Below, in pieces: positions 14,533-25,700 of a stretch of DNA of 64,000 bases. A program made the position numbers and the translations under genes. The stretch is from Malacoraja senta (Eukaryota). Location of the stretch: assembly GCA_038087875.1 (NCBI GenBank), contig CM075993.1, positions 434,001 to 498,000 on the forward strand, read 5' to 3'. Positions within the stretch are counted from its first letter, which is position 1. The number at the start of each line of letters is the position of its first letter. Under the pieces are notes generated by a model that worked only from the letters and a program-made list of their open reading frames with translations, did not search any database and had not been told where the DNA came from.

Positions 14533-15290
14533 TGGTAGGCATCTTCCCATCTCCTCCCCTTTCTGCTTTCTGCAGAGATCGTTCCCTCCGTAACTCCCTG
14601 ATCAATTCGTCCCTTCCTACCCAAACCACCCCCTCCCCGGGTACTTTCCCCTGCAACCACAGGAAATGCTACACTTGTCGCTTTACCTCCCCCCTCGACT
14701 CCATCCATTGACCCAATCAGTCTTTCCAGGTGAGGCAGAGGTTCACCTGCACCTGCTCCAACCTCATCTACTTAATCCGCTGTTCCCGGTGCCAACTTCT
14801 CTACATCAGCGAGAACAAGCGCAGGTTCGGCGATCTCTTCGCCCAACACCTCCGCTCAGTTCATATTAATCAACCTGATCTCCCAGTTGCTCAGCACTTC
14901 AACACCCCCTCCCATTACCAATCTGACCTTTCTGTCCTGGGCCTCCTCCATTGCCAGAGTGAGGCCCAGCGCAAATTGGAGGAACAACACCTCAAATTTT
15001 GCTTTTATAGTTTACACCCTAGTGGTATAAGCATTGACTTCTCTAATTTTAGATAGCCCTAGCTTTCTCCCTCCTTCCCCTCCCCCTTCCCAGCTTTGCC
15101 ACTAAGCCTACTGTCTCCGCCTCTTCCTTTCTTTTTCCCACCCCCCCTCCCGACATCAGTCTGAAGAAGGGTCTCGACCCGAAATGTCGCCTATTCCTTC
15201 TCTCCATAGATGCTGCCTCACCCGCTGAGTTTCTCCAGCATTTTGTGTCTACCTTTGATTTTTCCAGCATCTGCAGTTATTTCTTAAACA
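14533..15290 (+). mobile_element. Penelope-like retroelement 3' fragment: GIY-YIG endonuclease plus terminal repeat with hammerhead-like motif
   Basis: ORF 14730-15056 reads FTCTCSNLIYLIRCSRCQLLYISENKRR...VAQHFN...LEEQHL; CTGAAGAAGGGTCTCGACCCGAAATGTC at 15161-15188. Confidence 0.85.
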
Positions 15291-16329
15291 TGAACAAATG
15301 GACCACATGTTTCTCTCATTGAGATGTTTCTAGGCCAACAAGTGTGTGCAGCATGACAGGATTATGTTCTGCAATGAGCTTTCTCTGTGCTCACTGGTCA
15401 AAAGGATTACAGCAAGTTAGGGATTTGCATCGTCATCTACCATTAAGCTGTTGACTGATTGTCAGACTCAAACTACCAATTATTCTGTGCATCCTGATCA
15501 CTCTGATCTGCATCTACTTGGCATAGAGTTATAAAGTCATAGTCATACATCATGGAAACAGGCCCGTCATCTAACGCCCACACCAACCAATATGCCACAT
15601 CTACACCTCATACTTAACTGTATTAAACTCATTCACCATTCCTTGCCCACCTGCTCAACCGATCAAGATCCTGCTGCAATTTTTGACAACCGTCTTCGCT
15701 ATCCACAATACCACCCACTTTACTGCCATATGCAAACTTTCTAATCATGCCTATATGTTCTCATCCAAAACATTGATGTAGATGACAAACAACAAAAGCA
15801 TTGAGCCCTGAGGCACACCATTAATTACAGGCCTCCATCCGAAAAACAACCTTCCACCATCACTGTAATATTGATATATAGTGACTGAATGACAGGATAG
15901 GTTTGACTCACACTCCTATATTCTTGTGTTCCAATGTATCAATACCACAGAAGCTGACTTCACTGGGGTACCAGTCCCATCGACATCGATTCTCATCAGT
16001 GTAAGATCTACAGACACTTATTCTCACTGGGGTAGGGTTTCACAAAGACACTAATTTGGCACAGTTCCAAGGGCACTGATTCTCACTGGAGTTTATCTTC
16101 TGTTGGTGAAAGAGAGGAGAGGATGTTTCGGGTCGAGAACCTTCTTCAGACAGGGGCCGAATGTATGGGCTGGTGTAGACAGGCCCTTCAGGGAAAGCAG
16201 TAAGGCCAGCGGAAATCTGGAACTCTTCCACACCCTATTTAGATGATAGAAGTGTGGCTTCAAATGAGTGCTTCAAAATGGGAGATATTCGACTAAACAC
16301 CCACCGTAAACTTGCTGTTCCTCAGGAGA

Positions 16330-16780
16330 CGTCGAATGGGCTTCATCGTCTCATACAGTTCCTATGGCAACGGGATCGGCGCCGGCGGTCGCTCAGTGCG
16401 CCTGCGTGGGTGTCGGCGGTCCGTCAGTGCGCCTGCGTGGGTGCCGGCGGTCCGTCAGTGCGCCTGCGTGGGTGCCGGTGGTCGCTCGGTGCTGTGGCCG
16501 TGTGGTGGGCGGGATGATGGCGGCGGCGACGGCGATAGCGCAGCTCTTGGCCGACCAGGAGGTTGAGGTCCATCGGCTCAGTCAAGTGATCGAGCGGCTG
16601 CAAAGTGAAGACGAGGAGTTGCTAGTCGGCTCGGACTTGCAGAGCCTCAGAGAGGAGAACGAGAAGTTGAAGTACCGGCGACTGCACCTGCAGCGGAGCT
16701 TGCGGGCGGAGATGGCGAGGGGCCCGGCCCCACACAGCGCCGGTCCTGGGCCCCAGGTAGGGCGGCAATTATCTGGGACA
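16330..16780 (+). promoter_or_regulatory. TARS3 CpG-island promoter with an RFX X-box-like site and a 31-bp tandem repeat carrying NRF1-like sites
   Basis: CpG-rich. GTTCCTATGGCAAC at 16358-16371. About 3.5 copies of a 31-bp unit starting at 16381, 16412 and 16443, each containing TGCGCCTGCG. Confidence 0.6.
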
Positions 16781-19700
16781 GGTTGGTGTGAGGGACACCA
16801 GCTCTACTGGGCACCGTTGCCTGAACCTAAACACTGCCCATTGACCTCCCTAATTGACAAATACTAGAGTGCTCGGTGTAAAATCGTAAGGCAACCACCC
16901 CTCCCCCTCCTTATTCCAAGTATTAATGTCTTAAACATTCTCTGACTGCTTCCAACACATTAACGTCTTTCCTTAAATAAGGAGACCAATACATTGTGTA
17001 ATGACGAAAGCTATTGCATTATCCTAAAACCCCAACCAGTTTGCCACTACCCTTTAGGGTAGGACATCTGTCATCCTTACCTAAATGAGACTCCTAATCC
17101 ATTGATTTACTACCTAAAATGGTCAAGCGGTTGTATCATAACTGTGATATTAAAATGGATGAAAGATAAAACCGGTTGCCTCATTAGGGATCAACATTGA
17201 ATTTGGGGAAGTAACTGACAGGACAATAATGCTTAAAATGTGCTTTTCACAAACATCTGGTGGCTGGTGTATAAGGTGAGAGTGCTGTGTTATACTGTAG
17301 TTGAACAACCGCTTGAAATAGTTCCACTCAGAATCATTCCTTAAAAGTAGTGTTCCAAGCTCCTTCATAATCCCCTACGTCGAAGAGAAATACAGACTGG
17401 CCAGCTGAGAATTGTACCAGGCTTGGACCTGTCAAAACTGTAACACATTGTCCACAAACAGCAATAACACCATGTAAAGGAAGGAACTAAAGAATCCCAT
17501 AATTAACTGATCCGATTGAAGTTCTGCAATGCTGTTGTTTGTGGTTCTGAGTTGTGCTGGAAAATTGAACAGCTGATGAAAGTTGGTTCACAGTCATCTG
17601 TCCACAACAATCACTGAGGCTGGCCTGCAAGTGCTGAAGCAGTTGCAGCCATGTTCAAGCAGAAGGGCCGTGGATGATCCATCTAGGCTTCCTCCATAAA
17701 TTTCCCACAACACCAAAGCCACCTGTGCTTTCTCGTCCAGGCTTTCACTACTGACATTTGGGTAAATGAATACTCCTCAGTATCATGTACTTGCTGACCT
17801 TAGTCAATCCTCAGGTTTGGCGGATCACTTGCTGCTTTGAACACTTATCTTAAATAACTTTGGAAAAGAGCTGTTCTTCATAAACTCTGGCGATCTTGTG
17901 CAGAATACGTTACAACCCTGTTGGTTACATTTAAAACCAGCCCAATACTGGTTTGGGATGCATTTGTGATTGAAGATAGACACAAAATGCTGGAGTAACT
18001 CAGCGGGTCAGGCAGCATCTAAGGAGAAAAAGGAACAGGTGACGTTTCGGGTCGAGACCCTTCTTCAGGCTGAGAGTAAGGGGAGAAGGGAAGGTCTATC
18101 TTTCGGTGAAAACTAGCATCTACAGTTCCTTCCTACATTTGTGATTGATGTTGTCATTCAGGTTTACAAACAATTCTCTCTGCTCATCCCAGCCAAACTA
18201 ATTGTTGCCCTTCTCATTAGAGGGGAAAAGGCTTGATTTAGGAACAATCTGCAGGTTCTAAATTAATAAATTTTGTGATTGTCAGATTGTAGTTAGCTTT
18301 TGACATGGGAGCAGTGTAGTGAACTTACAAGGCCAGCACTCAGACGCCTGGTCTATTGATCTGCATACATGAGTTTGAATCCCATTGCATTGAAAAAGGT
18401 GGTCTTGGTACTGATCACCATGAAACTACTGCCTTGTTAAAAACCCATCTAGTTGCTCAAACAAGAAAATGTGGCACTTTGATCCCAGACCCACAACCAT
18501 GTGGTTGAATCTTAACTTCCCTCTGAACTGACCAAATGAACCTTGTGTAGTTGAAGGGCAATTACAGCTGTGCGATAAATGCTTTCTTTGCCATGGATAG
18601 CCACAAGCCATTAACAAAAAAAATCATTTTCCTGAACGTAAATGAAAATCTTTGGTGATTCCAATCCATAGCATCCAGATTACCAACATGGCAGACTGGA
18701 GTGCTGATTGATTCGAGTTTGATTCTGGTAAAACCTGATGATCGAAACTGATTCTCAGCAGCTACCCTGATGCTCCAGAGAAAACAATCCAAGTTCCCTG
18801 GTCACGTGCTCCTTGGAACATGTTTCCAAGTGGGATTGGGGAACACAAGGGAGTTACAGGAGCAAACATCATTAAAACATATATGCTTCAGGTTACGGTG
18901 ACCAAAAAAAACTATGCACCTGGCAGCTTCACAAGATGGATTGAAATTATGTTGGACCCATACAAAACACTGTTCTGACTTTGTTGTAAAAAAGATACAC
19001 AGTAAATCCTTGCTTTTCGGACCTCTTTATAACGGATTTTAGCTATAGCGGACAGACCTACGACCTTCACTGCCAGGCTGGGCAGCTGATGCCATCCTGC
19101 CCTGTGCCACCTCTCTGGCCGCCTCTCCGGCTGCTCCTACCAACGCATCCACCACGGCCACTCCTACCACCTCCAACCTGATCGCTCCCAAGCTGCCGCC
19201 GCTGCCAGAGGTGTCACCCCCACCACCGCCACTGCTACTACCACCGTCATCCCCGCCACCTCTGTCGCTGCCACTACCACCGTCAATATCACCGCCACTG
19301 CCGCCGACCCTTACCTGCACCCCGGCTGCCCGCAACCAATGACTCTGATGACCCGCCAGCAGGCCGGGGCCATCACTTCACTTGGATTCCAGGTCCAGAG
19401 TCTGACGAAGGGCCTGGTCTTCTTCAATGTTCTTCAGAGCTGCTGACCAGCTGTGTTACTCAAACACTTTGTGTCCTTTTGTGTATCAACCAGCAACTCT
19501 AGTTGTGCATTTCTACTATTTATACAATAATACTCCTTTACCAAGTTATAGTGGACAATCATCAATAACAGACACCACCTACCCTTTAAGGTCTGTTATA
19601 ACGAGGGTTGACTGTGTATATATATTTTTAGGATGATACCCGAATTATGCTTATACTCATCAAGCGTGGTTAAACAGTCTGAGGGTTTCTTCCAAAGGGG

Positions 19701-22700
19701 TGACAATGAATATTCAGTTTTCATTGGTTGGTCGGCAATGGAGAGCATTAACAGCTTTAATGTCCGGGGTGTTAATATATCAGATGACCTGTTCCAGGCC
19801 CAGCACGTAGACGTAATCATGAAGAAGGCATGTCAGCAACTCTACATTCTTAGAAATGTAAAGACATTTGGCATGACAACTAATATTTGCTACTGATGAA
19901 CTGCTGAAAGTATCTTGACTAATTGCATCGTGATCAAATTAAAGCTTTCAGAATTTTTAAGGTGAGAAAACTTATGCTGTCCACTCTTAGACCAGGGAGA
20001 ATGTTTCAATGATTTTCATCTCAATTGTATAATATTGTTTTAAAAGTTGAAATGATTGTGTTTTTATATACAAATTTGAAGAACTCGATTTATTGGGAAG
20101 GCAAGTCCAACATGGAGACATTGGAAAGAATTTCTGGAATCGCTTTCCTTGACAGCAATATGCAGAAAGAGCAAGAAGAAACCAATAACTTAGATCACAG
20201 AAACATTGGACGGGTATGGGAACATTTCTGTGGTTAGAAACATAGAAAAATAGGTGCAGGAGTAGGCCATTCAGCCCTTTGAGCCAGCACCACCATTCAA
20301 CATGATCATGGCTGATCATCTAAAAACAGTACCCCGTTCCTACTTTTCCCCTTGATTCCTTTAGCCGTAAGAGCTAAATCTAACTCTCTTGAAAACATCC
20401 AGTGAATTGGCCTCCACTGCCCTCTGTGGCAGAGAGTTTCACAGATTCACAACTCTCTGGGTGAAAACGTTTTTCCTCATCTCAGTCCTAAATGGCCTAC
20501 CCCTTATTCTTAAACTGTGACCCCTGGTTCTGGACTCCCCCAACATCAGGAACATTTTTCCTGCATCTAGCCTGTCCAATTTTATATATTTCTATGAGAT
20601 GTCCTCTCATCCTTCTAAATTCCAGTTTGATGTTCAAGGTTAAAAATGATTTGCAAATCGTGAAAGAAAACCACTGCATGGGCAGAAAAAGAGCTTGGAC
20701 AATGCAAAAGCCACTGAGGAGAAGAGAGTTCCAATTAATTTGATCCAGAGACATACTGGACATTGTGTTGTATGAGTCATAGAGCTACACAGTACAGAAA
20801 CAGGCCCTGCTGAATGTAACCATGCCAACCAAGTTGCCTAACCGAGCGAGTCCCACTTGCCTGTGCCTAGCCTATACCCCTCTATTTCTTTCCTCTCCAC
20901 ACATTTATCCAAGTGTGTTAAATATCAGAATTGTAGCCACCTCTACTACTTCCAATGGTGGCTTGTTCCTTGTATCCACACATTCTGTGAAAAAATTACT
21001 CCTTGGTTCCCTTTTAAATCTTCTCCTCTCACCTTAAGCCTCTATTTTTAAACTCCCCTACTTTGGGGAAATAGCTATTCACCTAATCTATGGCCCTCTA
21101 AGGCCACCTTTGTGAAACAGCTGCCTATAGTCCTCTCTGCTTCCTGTGCCCCGTATTGGAGGGTTATCTCCGTTGGAACAGTGAAGGCTGTGGAAAGACT
21201 TAATCAAGGTGTGCAAATTGTGGTCATGGGTGGAGTAAATAGGAAGGGCCTATTTCCTTTGGCAGTGGGATCAAAATAAACAGGGTTTGTGATGTACATT
21301 GTTTCTCATTGATTTAACTTCTATTTGCTTTCCAGGAACAGGAATTGTTTTTCTTCCATGAGCTCAGCCCGGGGAGCTGTTTCTTCCTCCCAAGAGGTGC
21401 TTTCATTTACAACACGCTGATGTCATTCATACAGGTAGGAGAGCCATTCGCTGATTTATTCATCAAAATACTAGAGTGGTGGACTCATGAACAATGAGAC
21501 ACCTCATAATCTCTCAGTTATACCTCGGTGAATGCTGTCTTGCTTCCGGATCAAGGTGGTCCCAGGTTCCACTATTTAGTTGCTAAGGTCACATCCCATT
21601 GACTGAGGGGAGAAGAGAAGTTGGGCAGATTGCTGTTTCCATGTGTTCTCAACAGGTGTCTGTGGGAACAAGAAGGGGCTGTGATAGTTGAGTAGACTGC
21701 AGACTTTAATTTCCTGGCCCCAAGTAAGAACCAGCAATCTGCTCGGTTTTACAACATCTGCTGGGGGTTTGGTGGAAAATGATGACCAATTCCTCTCAAG
21801 TATTGGTGCTGCGCTGGTGGGAGCTCGTATTTATGAGATGTGCCTTGACAATACTGTCACTGGCTTCAAAGGCTGTGGATTCAAGTTCCACTCCAGAAAT
21901 CTGAGCACAAAGTCATGGCTGACAGTTCATTGCACCACCAAGCAAGTGTGGTATGATCATACGTACGTCCTTCAGATGTTACGCTGAATATTTGGTGGCA
22001 TAATGACTCGTGGTATTGTTTGAAGGAAAAATTGGGGAGTTGTCCTTGAGGTTGCACCAATGTTCCTGGACCGCTACCACCAACAAGACCAGCTGGTCAT
22101 TCGGTATCACTGCGTTTGGATGCGCGCTTTTTGTAAAATGCCAGCCCCATTCCTTCTTTGAGCAGCAGATGTTACTATTAAGAAATAAAAGCAAAAGAAA
22201 TATGGAAACATTCAGCAGGTCCAGCAGGTCAGGTCATTTCTGAAAAAAGATAAACACAGTAAACACCTCAGGTCATACACCCCTCATATGAAAAAGAATC
22301 TTCGACTTGAAATGTTAGCTCTGCTTCCCTTTCTGCAGATGCTGCTTGGCCTGTTGAATGTCATCATTTTCTGTTCTATCACCGTTCTTCAGAAGGAGCT
22401 TCATCGGTTGTGAAGTACCTGGTGAAATCCTTTGTTTCTTGGAAGACAAGAGATGCAAGTCAGGTTTGACTGTTTGTCTGTCCTGTTGCAGTCGGAGAAC
22501 CGAAAGCGTGGGTTCAATGAAGTGGTCTCTCCAAATATCTACAGCAGACGTCTGTGGGAGATGTCTGGCCATTGGCAGCACTGCAGCCACAACATGTTCA
22601 GCTTTGATGTGGAGAAGGAGATGTTTGCGCTGAAGCCCATGAACTGTCCTGGCCACTGGTACATATGAACCACAAAAACAGTTATTGAAAAATTGGTTAT

Positions 22701-25700
22701 TTTAAATGTCTAGGCTGATATTCAGGTGATTTATCAGGGTCAACTGGAGTGAGGATCTATTCTGTCGTGTGGGTGAGCTGGTGTTTGTTACTAATCTGCT
22801 TCACAGATAAACACAGCACGGACCTTCATTCACCTGCAGGAATCCAGGGCCCTCCCTCAAAGCCCAGTGGATCTTTGCAACAATGCAGCAATGTGCAGGA
22901 AGCCCTAGAGTCCTAACATGTTGCTGAAAATGTTACCGCCCAATGAATCAAATGCAAAATGTTGAAAATGGCAAATATGGTCAAAATGTGGAATAACATT
23001 CAAATGGCAAAAATAGTTATTTATCTAAATGCTGAAGCATTTGTAGCAAGGCAGTGAGTTAATGGCACAAGTTGAAGTGAATGGGTGTGATGTAATTGTC
23101 CTCATAAAATCATGACTGCATGATGAGCAAGACTGGGATTCATCCTCTCGATGCCCAAGTGATTTTGCACATTTGAACAAGGTCTTCTCCCATTCTCCTA
23201 AACTGTGGAGAATGCAGACCTAGTCTGTTCATTTAACAAACATGCCATGGCAGGAACCAGTCTGGTGAATGTTTGCTGTAGTCACTCAGTGATAAGGTGA
23301 GGAAACCAAACCTGTATATAATTTATATGTGCAGTCTCATCAGAGCTCTTCCAATTAATATCTCTCCTCCTGTGCTTGAATCTTCTCATAAACAAAGGCC
23401 AACATTCCATTTACTTAGTTGTTTGCTGCACATGTGTGCCTGCTCTCGGTGAAGTGTGCCGATGCAAAGGTCCCAGTCCCGCTTGGGGAACCAACCTTAG
23501 CTGTAGCGGTGACATTGCAGTTACTGTCGGCTTGGCGAAGAAACTCTGCCAAAGTCTCATCACTGTCCAGCAACATCCTTTGTCAGAGTTGTTCACTGTT
23601 GTTATGGGATAGTTGCATTCACCTGGTCCCTTTGCTCAGGCGTGGGTCATGGTTGTGTGAAGGTGATGGCAGAGGTTGGCTTAGGAGATCTATTTTTTCA
23701 GTTTGTGTATTTCTTCGGGTGAGGTTAGAAATGCTGACAAAGCCATTCATGACTGACCCTGAATTGAGTTGTTTGTGAAGCCCTTTCCGCGGGCTATTTG
23801 CAGTGATCCGTATTGTGTCATGTCTGGACTCTCAGTTTGGCCAGATTGGATAAAGATGACAGATTTCCTTTCATGGAGAACTTGAGCAAAGCAGATAGGG
23901 TTTTCCCACAATTAGGAGGGTCTTAGCTTTTTAATTTTAGATTTCTGTGGCATTAATTTATCTCATTCTGTTGCATGTTTAGTAAAGAATGTTGAAATAA
24001 TCATCTGCTGCAACTCTTTCAGTTTGATGTTTAGCCATCGCCCACGTTCCTGGCGAGAGTTGCCCCTTCGGTTCGCCGACTTTGGCGTTCTTCACCGCAG
24101 AGAGCCTTCAGAGTCGTTAAACGGGCTGACCAGAGTGCGGCGATTTGAACAGGATGATGGCCACATCTTCTGCATGATGGAGCAGGTGGGAGATGAGGTG
24201 CTTCCTGGTCTCCCTGCTTAGTCTCTTCTCCATGGTAGCACCTTAAACATGAACAGAAATTGGACCAGTTATTTGCACTGGTTGTGATTTATATACTGAA
24301 GGTGTGACTCTACCTGGGTTACAGTCCCTGAAGGTGCTGACTCTGGGACACTGACATTGAACAGAGTTGGTGTGCTCACTGTTGCTTTTGGACAGCTTCA
24401 TGGAAGCTGACGCTTGCAAAGCTATGGGCCTTTATTCTATGGAATCATGAGTAAGAGACATGTGTAATTGGTGGGTGTTGATACTCACATGTCTTGAAAG
24501 ATTTGCTCTTCTTCCAGATTGAGGAGGAGATCATGGGCTGCCTCGACTTCTTGCGCTCGGTGTATGGAGTCTTTGGTTTCACTTTCCAGCTGAAACTCTC
24601 CACACGGCCAGAGATGTTTTTAGGAGACCTGAACACATGGAATCAAGCAGAAGAGGCAAGTGATAACTGGGCTAAGAGGCTACAGTATTCAGGCTAAGGT
24701 TCTTGGATGTTCCAGGAGACATGCTGGAAAACAAGTGGTTCATAATCCATCATTTCAGGCATCCAATATTTGAAATTCTCCATTTAGGAGCTGTCAAATC
24801 TCATGATGTAAAGGAAAGTTCCAGAAAGAAAGAGCTTTCTTTAGAGGCTGACTACGCTGTGTCACCTGAGAGGGTTGATCACAGACAGGCTGCTGGAAAG
24901 GGTAGACATTGGTTTCCAGTGAATGGCATCTGGACCTGAATGAGCATGAGGGTTATTAATTCCAGTTTAAAGTTGTATAAACGAAACAATCATCATCAGT
25001 TGGAGCTGAGCCTTGGTTTCTTTGCTGTTTTAGCATTTGAAGTTCAGTTTGGATGCGTTTGGTGAGGCCTGGAGACTGAGTGCAGGAGATGGAGCTTTCT
25101 ACGGACCGAAGGTTAGTGAGGGGAGCACTTGGGGTTTGAGAGACTGCTGTCAATCTTAATCTCCCAGACACTTTTACCTTCTCTAATTGACTGCAGATTG
25201 ATGTTGACGTGAAGGATGCCCTGGGCATATACCATCAGTGCGCCACCATCCAGTTGGACTTCCAGCTTCCTATTCGGTTTAATTTGACCTACGTTAGGTG
25301 AGAGTGGTTTCAGGTTGTTACTGAAACGTCTTGGAATCCTGTGTTTAAATGTTAAATCTGGGAAATAATGTTATCTGCTCCCTTCCTACCTGTCCTTGCA
25401 TGTGGGTGGTGGAGAGGAACATGCAAAGATGAGTCTGTGGGTAAATGCAGCACCGGGCAGACTGATGGCAGTGTGGACGGTCATAGTGTTTTACGTAAAT
25501 GAGCTTGAGGAGCTGGATCATGGGGAATGGAAATAGTCACTGTCCATTCTGCCCTGGATCACAGTGCATGTTGGGTTTGACAGAATGCCAGGCTTGGGTT
25601 ACATAGTTAGCTTGGGTTGTGCTATGACATCAGGGTACTGACAGCTCCCACTCACCACTAACACTAGAGATGGAATGTAAGGGTTGGTGTTGTGTACGTA

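Noticed and set aside
16381-16490. CRISPR-like array
   Set aside because: Contiguous tandem repeat with no unique spacers, in a eukaryotic promoter.
16514-16756. RARS1 (arginyl-tRNA synthetase) exon 1
   Set aside because: The zipper resembles that of ArgRS, but TARS3 carries a homologous extension and all downstream exons are ThrRS.
19039-19335. Gly-rich ORF, or a missing TARS3 exon
   Set aside because: Low-complexity CCA/CCG tract within a probable MITE; no ThrRS similarity or convincing splice sites.
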